Shown: in pieces, positions 17,234-28,900 of the stretch | Layout: every line of letters begins with the position of its first letter | Position numbering within the stretch: the stretch's first letter is position 1 | Source of the DNA: an uncultured virus (IMG/VR IMGVR_UViG_3300042478_001433) | Taxonomy: Duplodnaviria > Heunggongvirae > Uroviricota > Caudoviricetes | Virus record (IMG/VR): IMGVR_UViG_3300042478_001433 | Length of the DNA: 64,000 nucleotides | Reading direction: 5' to 3' (one strand) | The notes under the pieces: model-generated | Database searches by the model: none | Seen by the model: the letters and a program-made list of their open reading frames with translations, nothing else | Told to the model about the DNA's origin: nothing | Translations under genes and position numbers: made by a program

Positions 17234-17732
17234 TGCGCAGGCCATCATTGATGGCATGGTGCTAGATGCTGACGTGACAGCCTGGGCTGCCGCAACCACG
17301 GACAACAAAAACCGTGCGTTGTATTCCGCTGCGCAGAGGCTAGATCGTGAACGCTTTCTTGGTGCTCGCTCTACTGATACCCAGTCAATGCAATGGCCGC
17401 GAACTGGTGTTCGTAAGCCCGATACCTATATCAATACCTACGCGGTGGGATTTCCGTTTCGCATTACCACCGACTATTTTGCCGACAACGAAATCCCAGA
17501 TCAAATCAAGCGCGCGCAGGTGGTGCTGGCCGTTTACCTTAACAACAACCCAGACGGCCTTGGCCTTAGCGGGCTGGAAGACTACAAAAACGTCAAAATC
17601 GGCAGCCTAGACGTGACGCCTAACCTTGGCTATGGCGCCGTTGGCGTTGACAAGGTACCGCCGATCATGGAGCGCTATTTGACAGGGCTTAGAATCAGCG
17701 GACCAGGTAACGTTGCGATCAAACGGAGCTGA
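17169..17732 (+). CDS. Head-tail adaptor (DnaT-like family)
   Basis: ANSYLTLADA...QWPR...IPDQIKRAQ pattern; homolog at 62395. Confidence 0.75.
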   Translation: MAITIIATPNAADANSYLTLADAQAIIDGMVLDADVTAWAAATTDNKNRALYSAAQRLDRERFLGARSTDTQSMQWPRTGVRKPDTYINTYAVGFPFRITTDYFADNEIPDQIKRAQVVLAVYLNNNPDGLGLSGLEDYKNVKIGSLDVTPNLGYGAVGVDKVPPIMERYLTGLRISGPGNVAIKRS

Positions 17733-17734
17733 CC

Positions 17735-17965
17735 ATGGATCGGTCTTACAGCATCGGTTTTGAGTACATCGACGATACCGCTGCGCATGCCGGCCGCTTC
17801 TGGCAGATCTACGCCGTGGCTGATGCAGTAATCGCCAGCGCTGTGATCGAAAACCAGACTGGCAATACGTTTGCATCAGTGCCACTCAAGGCGGGCGATT
17901 CGGTCTCTGGTGTGTTCACCAGCGTTACCCTTGCTTCCGGCAAAGTTGTTGCATACAAGGTATGA
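17735..17965 (+). CDS. Small virion protein, paralog 1
   Basis: YIDDTAAH.GRF...GVFTSVTL.SG.VVAY; homolog at 62955. Confidence 0.7.
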   Translation: MDRSYSIGFEYIDDTAAHAGRFWQIYAVADAVIASAVIENQTGNTFASVPLKAGDSVSGVFTSVTLASGKVVAYKV

Positions 17966-17967
17966 AC

Positions 17968-18216
17968 ATGAGCGACTCCAACGTCTTAGGCATTGACTAC
18001 GGCAAAGGCGGAACGTTTATTGGCGACACGACAACGCGAACCGGCCGTTGGTGCGCAATCCACTTTACGACTAACACGCACATCGACACTATTGTCTCGG
18101 CGAACTACGACGGCAGTACGTTGTCAGGGCAAAGCTTCAGCGCCTCAACTACGCTATATGGCGTGTTTACCAGCATTAAGCTACAAAACGGCCACTGCGT
18201 TGCATACAAGCTCTGA
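17968..18216 (+). CDS. Small virion protein, paralog 2
   Basis: FIGDTTTRTGRW...GVFTSIKLQNGHCVAYKL, similar to the preceding ORF. Confidence 0.7.
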   Translation: MSDSNVLGIDYGKGGTFIGDTTTRTGRWCAIHFTTNTHIDTIVSANYDGSTLSGQSFSASTTLYGVFTSIKLQNGHCVAYKL

Positions 18217-18572
18217 TGTCCTTAGCCAACCCGCTACGTAAGGTTGCTGGCAAACTGATGGCACGGTTTGGCGGTGAGGCGACCATCCGCCGCGTCACGA
18301 TGGGCAGCTACAACCCAGTGACTGGCGCTGCTGTTGAGACCACGACTGACACAGCAGTTCAAGGCGTGCTGGAAGATGTCGCCTTGCGCGAGGTCAATGA
18401 TTTGATCCAAGCAGGCGACAAGCGGCTGATCATTGCAGCGGCTGATCTGGCCAACGCACCTACCACAGCTGATCGCGTCGTCATCGGTGGCCGCAGCTTG
18501 CAAGTGATCGAGGTGCGAACTGTCGAGCAAGACAATACCGCGATCACCTATGAGCTGATCCTGAGGGACTGA
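18216..18572 (+). CDS. Head-closure/stopper protein
   Basis: YNPVTG...LIQAGDKRL pattern; position. Confidence 0.7.
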   Translation: MSLANPLRKVAGKLMARFGGEATIRRVTMGSYNPVTGAAVETTTDTAVQGVLEDVALREVNDLIQAGDKRLIIAAADLANAPTTADRVVIGGRSLQVIEVRTVEQDNTAITYELILRD

Positions 18573-18982
18573 TGGCACGCACCATACGAATTGGCGATAT
18601 TGGCGATTACGCCAGCCAGCAGATGGAGAAGCTGTTGCGTGCATCGGTGCTAGAAACTGACGCGTTGCTCAAAGCCGCCAGCCCAGTGGATACGGGTAGG
18701 TTTCGCTTTAGCTGGCAGGTTGGTGAAAATACCACTGGACGCCCACCTGACTATTACGGCAACGAAGGAGGACCAAATGCCAACATTCCACCGCTCGTAA
18801 AGCTGAACTATCAAAACGAGCGCATTGGCAATGTCTACAGCGTCCACAACAACCTGCCATATGCGGAGCCATTGGCTAATGGCAGCAGCAAACAGGCATC
18901 TGCCGGCTGGATCCAAGGCATCGCCAAGGACGTGCAAGGCCGGGTCAGAATTGCGGCAGATCGCATCGGCAGGGAATCATGA
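18572..18982 (+). CDS. HK97 gp10-like neck protein
   Basis: SPVDTGRFRFSW...NNLPYAEPL.NG.S.QA motif. Confidence 0.8.
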   Translation: MARTIRIGDIGDYASQQMEKLLRASVLETDALLKAASPVDTGRFRFSWQVGENTTGRPPDYYGNEGGPNANIPPLVKLNYQNERIGNVYSVHNNLPYAEPLANGSSKQASAGWIQGIAKDVQGRVRIAADRIGRES

Positions 18983-19401
18983 GCAGCACCATCAATGATG
19001 TCCGTGCTGCCATTGAAGGGCGCATTGCTACGCACATGGCAATTGCACCGGCATATCCGGTGAGTTACCAGAACGTGCCATTTACGCCACCAAACAATGC
19101 ACCGTGGCTGCAGGCATTCATCCGCTTTGGCGACAATGCCTATGCCACGCTTCTGCCTACAGGTAGCGCAGGGTTTAACCGGCATAATGGCGTGCTGACC
19201 GTGAACATCTTCACGCCTATTGGCGTTGGCACTGTTGCTAACTTCACCATTGCCGAGAGGATCAAGAATCTGTTTGACCGTGTGACTGTATCAGGCATCA
19301 TCTTTGACCCAGTATCTGGTCCGGCACAGGTAACGCCTGCTGCGCCACAGCCGTATTACCAGACCCAATTGACCGCAACGTTTGAAGCCTATTTAGACTG
19401 A
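18979..19401 (+). CDS. Tail terminator-like protein
   Basis: Position before the tail tube gene; NVPFTPP...G.L.VNIFTP.G.G. Confidence 0.7.
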   Translation: MSSTINDVRAAIEGRIATHMAIAPAYPVSYQNVPFTPPNNAPWLQAFIRFGDNAYATLLPTGSAGFNRHNGVLTVNIFTPIGVGTVANFTIAERIKNLFDRVTVSGIIFDPVSGPAQVTPAAPQPYYQTQLTATFEAYLD

Positions 19402-19424
19402 GCGCAGCCACTACCGTTCACAAC

Positions 19425-20183
19425 ATGGCTGTTACTGTTCTGTCCGGTACGTCCGGCGCCCTCTACTACAAACCCGCCGGCACCAACGGCAACTTCCCCG
19501 AGTCTGGAGTTAATGCCAGCACGGATGTTATCACCGTTCAGCCGTACCTGAATTTCAAGGCTGGCGATCCGGTCAAGTTCCGCGTCATCAACAGCCAGAC
19601 TGGCGGATCCGGCACTGGTACGCTGCCGTCTCCCATTGATGCAGCCACCACCTACTACGTGCTGTCCTACACGGCTGCGACTGGTGCGCTGACCGTCTCC
19701 ACGTCGGCTGGTGGCACCATCCTTGCCATCACTGACGACGGCACGGCAGTGGCGCCCAACGAGTTTGAGGTGTACTACGCCGATTTTGCTGCCGTTGGGC
19801 AAGTGCAGTCTTGGTCTTTTGAGATCAGCCGCGCTGAGATTGACGTGACCACTATCGGCCAAGCCGCTGGGCAGTATGCACCCTTCCGTGCCTACATCCC
19901 TGGTTTTGCCGACGGCAATGGCACTGCTACCGTCTACGTGACCAACGAAGACGCTGCACTGTCTAACCGCATGGTGGAAGACGTGCTGCAGCGTCAGCAG
20001 GTAGGTTGCGCGTTCAAGCTGTACACCGACAAGCAGGGGACTGAGGCGCTGAGCCGCAGTATCGCCATGGATGCAGTGCTGACCTCGGCCAGCCTGAACG
20101 TCAACCCTGACGATGCCCAGCAGGTGGAGATCGCCTTCCGTCCGGCTGGCGTGCCGACGTTTGACTTCAGCACCAGTGCCTGA
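19425..20183 (+). CDS. Major tail tube protein
   Basis: VQSWSFEISRAEIDVTT motif; followed by a terminator and the chaperone gene. Confidence 0.8.
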   Translation: MAVTVLSGTSGALYYKPAGTNGNFPESGVNASTDVITVQPYLNFKAGDPVKFRVINSQTGGSGTGTLPSPIDAATTYYVLSYTAATGALTVSTSAGGTILAITDDGTAVAPNEFEVYYADFAAVGQVQSWSFEISRAEIDVTTIGQAAGQYAPFRAYIPGFADGNGTATVYVTNEDAALSNRMVEDVLQRQQVGCAFKLYTDKQGTEALSRSIAMDAVLTSASLNVNPDDAQQVEIAFRPAGVPTFDFSTSA

Positions 20184-20193
20184 TAGCAAAATC

Positions 20194-20219
20194 GCCCCGG
20201 CTTGCGCTGGGGCTTTTTT
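20194..20219 (+). terminator. Rho-independent terminator
   Basis: GCCCCGGC-TTGC-GCTGGGGC followed by T6. Confidence 0.85.
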
Positions 20220-20251
20220 GTGTTTAGAGTACACCTAACTCATCAACTTTT

Positions 20252-20608
20252 ATGGGATCCGCGCTTGCACGCCTCAAAAAAGCAGCCAACCTGACGCCAA
20301 CCAAGCGGGTTGTAACGCTAACAGATGGCAGTGTGTTTGAGTTTTACGCTGCGCCACTCACGATGGCCGAGCGTGAGCGCGCACAAAAAATGCCTGGCGG
20401 CGATGACACCAATGGCTTTGCATTGAACTTGCTAGTTACGAAGGCCGTGGACGACACCGGCAAGCGCTTGTTTGCAGCTGGCGAAATTGCCGAACTCAAG
20501 GAAGAGGTGCTAGATGCTGACCTGCAAGGCATGATGTTGGCGATCATCACCAACCCAGAGGACGCAGAACAGCTGGACATGAAAAGCATTAAAGAAGGAG
20601 CTAAGTAA
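20252..20608 (+). CDS. Tail assembly chaperone (gpG-like)
   Basis: Lies between the tail tube and tape measure genes. Confidence 0.75.
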   Translation: MGSALARLKKAANLTPTKRVVTLTDGSVFEFYAAPLTMAERERAQKMPGGDDTNGFALNLLVTKAVDDTGKRLFAAGEIAELKEEVLDADLQGMMLAIITNPEDAEQLDMKSIKEGAK

Positions 20609-20768
20609 AGACAATCTGCTACTGCTACAGCTTGGCGTTGCAAAGGAGCTTGGCTATAGCTTGGCCAGGCTCAATCAAGAGGTGACGCTAGAGGAGCTGC
20701 TGATTTGGAGCAGCTACTTTGAGCTTCAAAACGAGGAGCAGGAGCGTAGAATGAAGCAAAGGCGGTAG
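20583..20768 (+). CDS. gpT-like extension of the tail chaperone (+1 frame)
   Basis: Open frame KALKKELSKDNLLLLQLGVAKELGYSL...EELLIWSSYF with no N-terminal ATG. Confidence 0.6.
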   Translation, partial: KALKKELSKDNLLLLQLGVAKELGYSLARLNQEVTLEELLIWSSYFELQNEEQERRMKQRR

Positions 20769-20777
20769 GGTTGCGCT

Positions 20778-23549
20778 GTGTCTGTCGTCGCTAATGTTGC
20801 CATTAACGTTGACAGCCGCAATGCTGTTAGCAAACTGCGCGAGGTACAGTCGCAGGCAAGCGCGACGGAGAAGGCATTTGGTGCGCTGCAGTCCGCTTTG
20901 GGCGCCTTGGGCGCTGGCTTTGCGCTGACAAAGGTCATTGCAGATGTTAAAGAATTAGATACCAATCTGCGGCGTCTAAGCACTGTCGGCGTTGATGTAG
21001 GCAAGATCAGTCCAGCTCTTTCAAAGCTAAGTGCTGAGCTAGGCGGTGTCGCAAGCAAAGCTGAATTAGCGGCAGCCTCGTATCAAGCGGCATCCGCAGG
21101 TTTTAGTGATACTGCAGGCAATGTCAATATCCTGCGCGCTGCAACCAAGGCTGCCGTTGGCGGCCTGGCTGATACGCAAGCTGTAACCGAAGTTCTAGTC
21201 AAGACTTTGAACAGTTATGGAATGTCTGGCAACCAAGCCATACAAGTAACTGACAGTATTTCTAAAGCGGTAGAGCTTGGCAATCAAGAATGGTCGGACT
21301 ACACTAGCCAGTTAGGCCGTGTTGCATCTATTGCAGCGCTTGCTGGTGTCAGCCTTAATGAAGTCAATACATTTATTGCTGCTGCTACCAAGAATGGCGC
21401 CACGGCTGAAATTGCATTTACCGGCCTTGGCGCAACTCTGAACACACTGCTACAACCTACCAAGGAAAGCCAAGAGGCTGCCGCGCAACTGGGCATTCAA
21501 TGGAACTACAGCGGGTTGCAAGCCAAAGGATTTACAGGCTTAATGGCTGAACTGGCTGTAGCTATTGAAAAAGACAAAGAAGCATCTGCGCGTCTACTTG
21601 GAAGCCAAGAAGCAATGCGTGGTGCATTTGCCGCTGCATCCAAAAATGGCGCAGACTTCAAAAAAATTCTTGAGCAAATTGGCGACGCATCTGGTAAAAC
21701 AGACGCTGACTTTCAAACCATGAAAGGCAGCCTTGAGAATACACTCAAGGCATTAGACACGGCATTCAAAAATCTTAGCGAAGCATTAGGCAAAGCCTTT
21801 GGGCCAACACTTGTCATTGTTATTCAAGACGTCACCAAAGGCGTAAATGCTTTTGCCGGTGCAATGAATGCCGTGCCGCAACCTGTAATGGACGCAGCCG
21901 GTGCGGCAGCAAAGGCAGTGGCTCAAATGCTGCTACTTAAAAAAGCCATTGAAGCCATTATTGCATTGCGGCTTGGCATTGCCGCAATGTTTGCTGCCAC
22001 TGCAACAGGTGCGGCGACTGCTGCCACTGCAGCATCTGGTTTGAGTATGAATATGCGATATCTGCAAGGTTCTATGGCGGCGGCGCAAACGCAGGCCACT
22101 GGATTAGTTGGCGTACTTAAAAATCTGGCTGCATTTGGTATCATTACAGTTGGCATCAATCTTGCGGTTAGCGGCTTGCAGCAAGTTATTGCAGCCAACT
22201 TGGAAATTGCAAGGTTGCGTGGCGAGCGGCAGGCCGGTGGGGCTGCGGCAATTTATCAAGGCGCCGCACCGATTGAATCTAAACAAGCTGCACAATCCAC
22301 GCTTGCTGCCATACAAAAAGAGCGCCAGCGGCTCAACTCTGCCGGAACAATTGCCACGGGAATGCTTGGCCCTCTAGCGCCACTTGTTGGCGGCATGTCA
22401 CCAGGCGCTAGGGCTGATCGCTTGGGTGTATTGCGTGAACGCGAGTTACGTGCTGCCGGAACAGCTGCGCTACCCACCCGCGTGGCACCCAATGCCATGG
22501 GTACGCAAGTCGACGACATGGTAGGTGGCGGCAATGGCGGTGGCGGTGCAGGTGGTGGCCGCGGTGGCGCAGCAAGCAAAGCAGCCAACGAAGCAGAACG
22601 CGCCGCAAAAGCAGCAGCCCAAGAAGCCGCAAGGGTCAAAGATGTCATCCGCGATAGGTTGGCAGAGGGCCAATTTATGCGTTTTAAATCGGAGATGCAG
22701 GACAGAATTGCAAATGCAGAAATTGCTGGCGACAAAATGCTGGCAGCGCGATTGAATGGCGCACAGCGTGAACTGGACATTCAATACCAATATGCGCAAG
22801 AGTTAGCAAAAGAAAAAGACATAGACGCTCAAAGGGCAATTATCTTTGAAGGCCAAGTCGCCTTGGTCGCCAATCAGCGCGAGGTTCAGCGAGAACTGAA
22901 TAAACTGCAACAGCAAAACGACCAAGACAGGCTTGCATCGCTGCAAAAAGCCATTGAAAAACAATATGAACTTAATGCAGCTGTGCAAAATCAACTGCGG
23001 CTTGCCGATGGTGTTGCCAATACGCTGGGCGAAGGATTGGGATCAGCCTTTAATGCCTTGATTGCTGGCGCGCAAGGATGGGAAAAAAGTCTGCAGCAAA
23101 TTGCGTCTGGTGTTCTTCTTGATATTGCCAATCAACTAATCAGGATCTTTGTCATTGAGCAGGCAATCAATGCCATCAAGGCATTCCTTACGCCGTTTAG
23201 TCCAGCAACGCCACTTGGCGCAGGCGGCGGAACGGTTGGCAAGTTTGGAACACTTGGCCCGAACTATGGCATCCCACAGCGCGCCAAAGGCGGCCCGGTA
23301 TCCAGCGGCCAAACCTACATGGTGGGCGAGCGTGGCCCTGAACTGTTCGTGCCTGGCCGCAGCGGGTCCATCGTGCCCAACGACAAGCTGGGCAGCGGCG
23401 GCAGCACCAGCGTTGTAGTAAACGTCGATGCCAGCGGCAGTAAAGTAGAAGGCAACGACCAACAGGGCAACCAACTGGGCCGCGTCATTGCTGCCGCCGT
23501 CCAGCAAGAACTCATCAAACAAAAACGCCCTGGAGGCTTGCTGGTGTAA
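20778..23549 (+). CDS. Tape measure protein
   Basis: 923 aa, Ala-rich helical, TP901-like core, C-terminal GGPV..YMVGERGPELFVP. Confidence 0.9.
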   Translation: MSVVANVAINVDSRNAVSKLREVQSQASATEKAFGALQSALGALGAGFALTKVIADVKELDTNLRRLSTVGVDVGKISPALSKLSAELGGVASKAELAAASYQAASAGFSDTAGNVNILRAATKAAVGGLADTQAVTEVLVKTLNSYGMSGNQAIQVTDSISKAVELGNQEWSDYTSQLGRVASIAALAGVSLNEVNTFIAAATKNGATAEIAFTGLGATLNTLLQPTKESQEAAAQLGIQWNYSGLQAKGFTGLMAELAVAIEKDKEASARLLGSQEAMRGAFAAASKNGADFKKILEQIGDASGKTDADFQTMKGSLENTLKALDTAFKNLSEALGKAFGPTLVIVIQDVTKGVNAFAGAMNAVPQPVMDAAGAAAKAVAQMLLLKKAIEAIIALRLGIAAMFAATATGAATAATAASGLSMNMRYLQGSMAAAQTQATGLVGVLKNLAAFGIITVGINLAVSGLQQVIAANLEIARLRGERQAGGAAAIYQGAAPIESKQAAQSTLAAIQKERQRLNSAGTIATGMLGPLAPLVGGMSPGARADRLGVLRERELRAAGTAALPTRVAPNAMGTQVDDMVGGGNGGGGAGGGRGGAASKAANEAERAAKAAAQEAARVKDVIRDRLAEGQFMRFKSEMQDRIANAEIAGDKMLAARLNGAQRELDIQYQYAQELAKEKDIDAQRAIIFEGQVALVANQREVQRELNKLQQQNDQDRLASLQKAIEKQYELNAAVQNQLRLADGVANTLGEGLGSAFNALIAGAQGWEKSLQQIASGVLLDIANQLIRIFVIEQAINAIKAFLTPFSPATPLGAGGGTVGKFGTLGPNYGIPQRAKGGPVSSGQTYMVGERGPELFVPGRSGSIVPNDKLGSGGSTSVVVNVDASGSKVEGNDQQGNQLGRVIAAAVQQELIKQKRPGGLLV

Positions 23550-23890
23550 TGGCTACCTTTCCCAACTACAAACCGACGTATTCGGCCACCAAAAGCAGCG
23601 AGCCAAAGATTCGTACTACGCAATTTGGCGACGGCTACCAACAACGCATCACCTTCGGCCTCAACCAAAACCCCAAGGAATGGCGACTGTCTTTTAACGT
23701 CACCGACGATGACGCCGACGTCATCGAAGCATTCCTAGACGCTCGGGCTGCTGATGCCGCTTCTTTCACTTGGACCCCTCCAGGTGAAGCCGTCAGCTAC
23801 AAGTGGATTTGCCCTAGCTGGACGCGCGAGCTATTTGATTTTGATCGCAGCAAGATTGACGCGACCTTCACGCAGGTATTTGAGCCGTGA
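23549..23890 (+). CDS. Minor tail protein, lambda gpM-like
   Basis: FGDGYQQR..GLN...FTWTPP...ATFTQVF motif. Confidence 0.88.
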   Translation: MATFPNYKPTYSATKSSEPKIRTTQFGDGYQQRITFGLNQNPKEWRLSFNVTDDDADVIEAFLDARAADAASFTWTPPGEAVSYKWICPSWTRELFDFDRSKIDATFTQVFEP

Positions 23891-24609
23891 CCGTCCCCGT
23901 TTCTGATCTTCAGGCAATCGCGCCCAGCGCCGTTATCGAGCTATTCGTGCTGGAGTTGAACGTCCCGCAACACGGCGTAGCCGACATTTACCGCTTCCAC
24001 GCTGGCACCAACCTGAACGCCAACGGTGAGCTGGTATGGGCCGGCAATAGCTACCTCCGCTTTCCCATTGAGGCAGACGGTTTTGCTTATGAAGGCAAGG
24101 GTTCCCTGCCTCGTCCACGCCTGCGCTGCAGCAACATCATGGGCACCATCACCGCAATCTTGCTGACCTTGCCAAAGGGCCTGGAAGGTGCCAAGGTGTC
24201 CCGGATCCGCACCCTAGCCCGGTACATCGACGCTGTGAATTTCCCCGGTGGCGTCAACCCTTACGGCACCCCGGACCCGACAGCAGAGTTTCCACGCGAG
24301 GTCTACTACATCGACCGCAAGTCAGTCGAAACCCGCGATGCGGTGGAGTTTGAACTCGCAGCGGCGTTCGATCTGATCGGGGTACGTGCACCCCGACGCC
24401 AGTGCATCAGCAACATTTGCCAGTGGGCCTACAGGTCTGCAGAGTGTAGCTACACCGGCACTTCCTACTACAACGAAAACGATCAAAGCGTCGCCACCGC
24501 GCCAGAAGATGTCTGCGGCAAACGATTGAGCAGCTGTCAAATCCGCTTTGGCTCAACAGCCCCGTTGCCCTTTGGCTCATTCCCCGGCGTGGGCACATAT
24601 TCCTCATGA
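23887..24609 (+). CDS. Minor tail protein, lambda gpL-like
   Basis: [12 protein letters not shown]...[12 protein letters not shown] Cys cluster. Confidence 0.88.
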   Translation: MTVPVSDLQAIAPSAVIELFVLELNVPQHGVADIYRFHAGTNLNANGELVWAGNSYLRFPIEADGFAYEGKGSLPRPRLRCSNIMGTITAILLTLPKGLEGAKVSRIRTLARYIDAVNFPGGVNPYGTPDPTAEFPREVYYIDRKSVETRDAVEFELAAAFDLIGVRAPRRQCISNICQWAYRSAECSYTGTSYYNENDQSVATAPEDVCGKRLSSCQIRFGSTAPLPFGSFPGVGTYSS

Positions 24610-25325
24610 CCTGGCGTACCGCAGCACTTGATCACGCCAAGGCCGAGGATCCACGCGAAGCCTGCGGGCTGCTGGTGGTGGTCAAAGGCCGCGAACGCTA
24701 CTGGCCGTGCCAGAACCTCTGCACCGGTGCAGACCAGTTCATCCTCAACCCGGATGACTACGCAGCCGCCGAAGATGCCGGCGAAATCATCGCGGTGGTC
24801 CATAGCCATCCGGTCACCCCGCCACAACCCAGCGGCCCTGATCTGGTGGCCTGCGAAAACAGCGGCCTACCGTGGCATATCGTCAACCCCAAAACCGAGG
24901 TGTGGGGCGGCTGCGAACCATCCGGCTACAAGGCACCCCTAGTCGGCCGCGAATGGGCATGGGGCATTACCGACTGCTGGACGCTGGCCCGTGACTGGTA
25001 CGTCGAGCATGGCCTGCAACTACCCGACTGGGAGCGCCCGCTGACGCCAGAGGCATTTGAGGCAGATCCCCTGTTTGATCGCTACTGGAAAGAAGCCGGC
25101 TTCCGCGAGCTGGACGAAGAGGAAGAGCTGCAGCCCGGCGATGCGCTACTGATGAGCATCAGCGGTTCCGGCCTCAATCACGTCGGCGTTTACATCGGCG
25201 ACCAGCTGGTGCTGCACCACATTCGCGGCCGGCTCAGTAGTCGCGACATGTACGGCGGCTGGCTGCAGAAATGCACTGGCCGCCGTCTCCGCCATTACGA
25301 TGCAGGGAGGCTAGAGCTGACGTGA
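24606..25325 (+). CDS. Tail tip protein, lambda gpK-like (JAB + NlpC/P60)
   Basis: EACG...VHSHP and DCWTL...NHVGVY motifs. Confidence 0.9.
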   Translation: MTWRTAALDHAKAEDPREACGLLVVVKGRERYWPCQNLCTGADQFILNPDDYAAAEDAGEIIAVVHSHPVTPPQPSGPDLVACENSGLPWHIVNPKTEVWGGCEPSGYKAPLVGREWAWGITDCWTLARDWYVEHGLQLPDWERPLTPEAFEADPLFDRYWKEAGFRELDEEEELQPGDALLMSISGSGLNHVGVYIGDQLVLHHIRGRLSSRDMYGGWLQKCTGRRLRHYDAGRLELT

Positions 25326-25921
25326 TGTTGCGCACAATCCGCATCTACGGGCGCTTGGCCAAGTTCCTGAAGCGCCGCAAGTTTGAAGCCGAAGTCTCCA
25401 ACGCAGCCGAGGCTGTGCGCTTCCTTGTAACCAACTTCCCCCAGCTGGAACGCCACATGGCAGAACAGCATTACCGCGTAAGCGTCGGCACCTACGATCT
25501 GTCACTCGACGAGATCCACGATCCAGCCGGCAGCCAAGAAATCAAGATCGTGCCAGTGGTGACCGGCGCTGGCGCTACGGGGCGAATTATTGCCGGAGTG
25601 GCGTTGGTAGCGCTGGCTTTCGCTAGCGGTGCTGGTTTCTTGGGAGCGGCATTCGCCAAAAATATCGGATTATTTACGGCCTTAAAAGGCGTAGGCGCCG
25701 TTCTTGCTCTCGGCGGCGTATCTCAGCTACTCACACCTGTCCCAACACTTAGCGCCCCTTCAACGGTTGACACCGCCAAGGACCCCCGCAAAAGCTATTC
25801 CTTTAGTGGAATACAAAACACCAGCCGTCAAGGCACTCCAGTGCCCATCGTTTACGGCGAGACACTGGTGGGCTCAATTGTGATTTCAGCAGGCATCGAC
25901 ACTGAGCAGGTAACAGCATGA
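25325..25921 (+). CDS. Tail assembly protein, lambda gpI-like
   Basis: SYSFSGIQNTSRQGTPVPIVYGE motif. Confidence 0.88.
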   Translation: MLRTIRIYGRLAKFLKRRKFEAEVSNAAEAVRFLVTNFPQLERHMAEQHYRVSVGTYDLSLDEIHDPAGSQEIKIVPVVTGAGATGRIIAGVALVALAFASGAGFLGAAFAKNIGLFTALKGVGAVLALGGVSQLLTPVPTLSAPSTVDTAKDPRKSYSFSGIQNTSRQGTPVPIVYGETLVGSIVISAGIDTEQVTA

Positions 25922-28900
25922 AACGGATTGGCGGTTCTGGTGGCGGTGGCGGTGGCGGCAAAGGCCGCAGCAGTGGCGGTGGCCCGCAGACCTATACGCC
26001 CACCGAAGCTGCCGACACGCTCAACTCAAGGCAATACGCCAACCTCATCGACCTCATCAGCGAAGGCGAAATCCAAGGGCTCAAAGACGGCCACAAATCG
26101 ATCTTCATCAATAACACTCCCCTACAAAATCAAGACAACTCATACAACTTCAACAACGTAACAGTCTGGACACGCAACGGAACCCAGAACCAGGATTACA
26201 TCCCAACCGTTGACGCTGTTGAGAACGAAGTTGCCGTTGGCGTAACAGTTCTCCAGGCAACGCCAGTCGTTCGCAGTATCACAGACACCGCAGTCGATGC
26301 CGTCCGCGTCACCATCAACATTCCTGCCCTGCAGCGAATCACAGATCAGGGTGACATTGTTGGCAGTGTTTTCAGATTTCAGATCTCCACGCAATACTCA
26401 AGCGGTGGTTATACCGTTGTTGTTGATGACGTAATTAGAGGCCGGACAGCCGATCTATACCAGCGCGACTACCTAATCACCCTGACGGGATCCAAACCTG
26501 TCAATATCAAGGTGACTCGCGTCACCGACGACAACTCAGAGCAAGACGCACCAGGCGGTGAATCCGCAAAAATCACAAACGCATTCAGTTGGTCGAGTTA
26601 CACAGAACTTACCTATGCAAAGCTGCGCTATCCCAACAGCGCATTAGTAGCAGTACGCATCGACGCTGAGCAGTTCAACTCCATCCCTTCGCGCACCTAC
26701 TTGGTGCGTGGCATCAAGGTCCGCATTCCCAATAACGCCACCGTCGATTCAGTCACCGGCCGCCTGATCTATGCAGGCATATGGAATGGCAGCTTTAACG
26801 CCGCGCAATGGTGCAGCGACCCCGCCTGGATCCTGTGGGATCTGCTCACCTCCCGCTACGGATTCGGCCAGCACATCAGCGCCGCCCAGCTGGACAAGTT
26901 TGCTTTCTACTCCGCCAGCCAGTATTGCGCTGAATTGGTACCTGACGGCTTCGGCGGTCAAGAGCCCCGTTTCTCCTGCAACATCAACATCCAAACGCAG
27001 GAAGACGCCTACAAGTTGATCAATGACATGTGTTCGGTGTTCCGGGCCATGCCCTACTGGAGCACTGGTGCGCTAACCATTAGCCAAGACCGCCCCGCTG
27101 ACTCCGCCTATCTGTTCACGCTGGCAAACGTCTCCGAGGAAGGCTTCAGCTATTCGGGCAGCAGTCTAAAGACACGGCCAAATGTAGCCGTGGTCAGTTA
27201 CCTTGACCTAGAGCTGCGGGACGTTGCCTACGAGGTCGTCGAGGATCAAACCTCGATCAGCAAATACGGCGCCATCACCACCGAGATCAGCGCCTTTGCC
27301 TGCACCAGTCGTGGGCAAGCCGGTCGAATTGGGGAGTGGCTCCTCTACTCCGAGCAATACGAAGGCGAGGTAATCAGCTTCTCCGCCAGCATTGACGCCG
27401 GCGTGATGGTGCGGCCTGGCCAGATCATCGAGGTTAGCGACCCCGTGCGAGCTGGTGCCCGCCGCGGTGGCCGCATCGCCTCCGCAACTACCACGGCAAT
27501 CACCGTCGATGACGCAACCGGCCTGACATCAAGCGGCGCCACGCTGTCGGTCATTCTGCCGGATGGCACGGTGGCCGCCCGCAGCGTCGCCAGTATCGCC
27601 GGCAAGGTCATCAACCTGACATCCGCACTACCCACGGCACCCAATGCCAACAGCATCTGGATCCTTGAAACCGCTTCAATCCAGACCTCGACCTGGCGCG
27701 TGATCAGCGTTGCTGAACAAGATCAGGCCACCTACCAGATATCGGCCCTCGCCTACAACTCGAGCAAGTACGCCTACGTGGAGCGAGGCCGGCCGCTTGA
27801 GGTTCGCGACATAACCGATCTCAACGAGATACCCGATGCACCAGCCAGCCTCTCGTTTGAGGAGGCGCTCTACAGCTACCAAAACCAGATCCGCGCCAAG
27901 GTAATTGTTTCTTGGCCGGCGGTACTTGGCATTGCCCAGTACCGGGTGAAATGGCGCAAAGACAGCGCCAACTGGGCTGTGGTCGATGTGCTGACCAACG
28001 ACTACGAAATCCTCGACATCACGCCTGGGTTGTTTGAGGTGCAGGTGTTCTCCATGAGCGCCGCCCTAAAGTTGTCCACCACAGCAGCCACCGGCAGCAT
28101 CACGGCGCTTGGCAAGACAGCCCCGCCGTCCAACGTGACCGGCTTCTCATCGATCCTCGATGGCAACATCGGTGCCACCCTGATCTGGAACCCCGTCCCC
28201 GACTTAGACCTCAGCGAATACGAAATCAGGCAGGGCACAGTCTGGGCGTCCGCCACCTTCGTCACCAACGTGGCTGCCACCAGCTACAAACTCGGCCAGC
28301 TGGCTCCCGGTACGCGCAGCTACATGATCCGCGCCATCGACACCTCAGGTGTCTACAGCGCCGCAGCTGCCAGCACCACCGTCACCATCACTTCACCCTC
28401 AACACCGAGCGTCACCGCCACAGTGGCCGGCGACTTGGTGACACTCAGTTGGCCAGCATCCACCGCCAGCTATGCCATTGCCGCCTATGTGGTCCGGTCC
28501 AGCGCCGGTGCCATTGGCGAAATCAAGACCACCACCACCTCGCTACCGATCATCTGGAACGGCGTGCGGACTTTCTACGTGAAAGCGGTGGACTTGGCCG
28601 GCAACGAGAGTGCCGAAGGTTCAGCAGCAGTCACAATCACCCAAGCCGCCGCGCCAACTGTCTCGGTTTCTTACACAGGCCAAAACGCCGTACTGACTTG
28701 GAGCGAAGTAAACGGTACGACAAAAACGCGCTTTTACCGAATTGCACGCAACGACGCAACTGTTGCAATTTTGCAATCTACAAACTACACCACGCGTATT
28801 GACTGGACAGGTTCGCAGACATTCACTGTCCAAGCTGTTGACGCAAACAACAATCTTGGCGCTGCTGCAACTGTTGCTATCGGCCCCACGGTGCCGCCAG

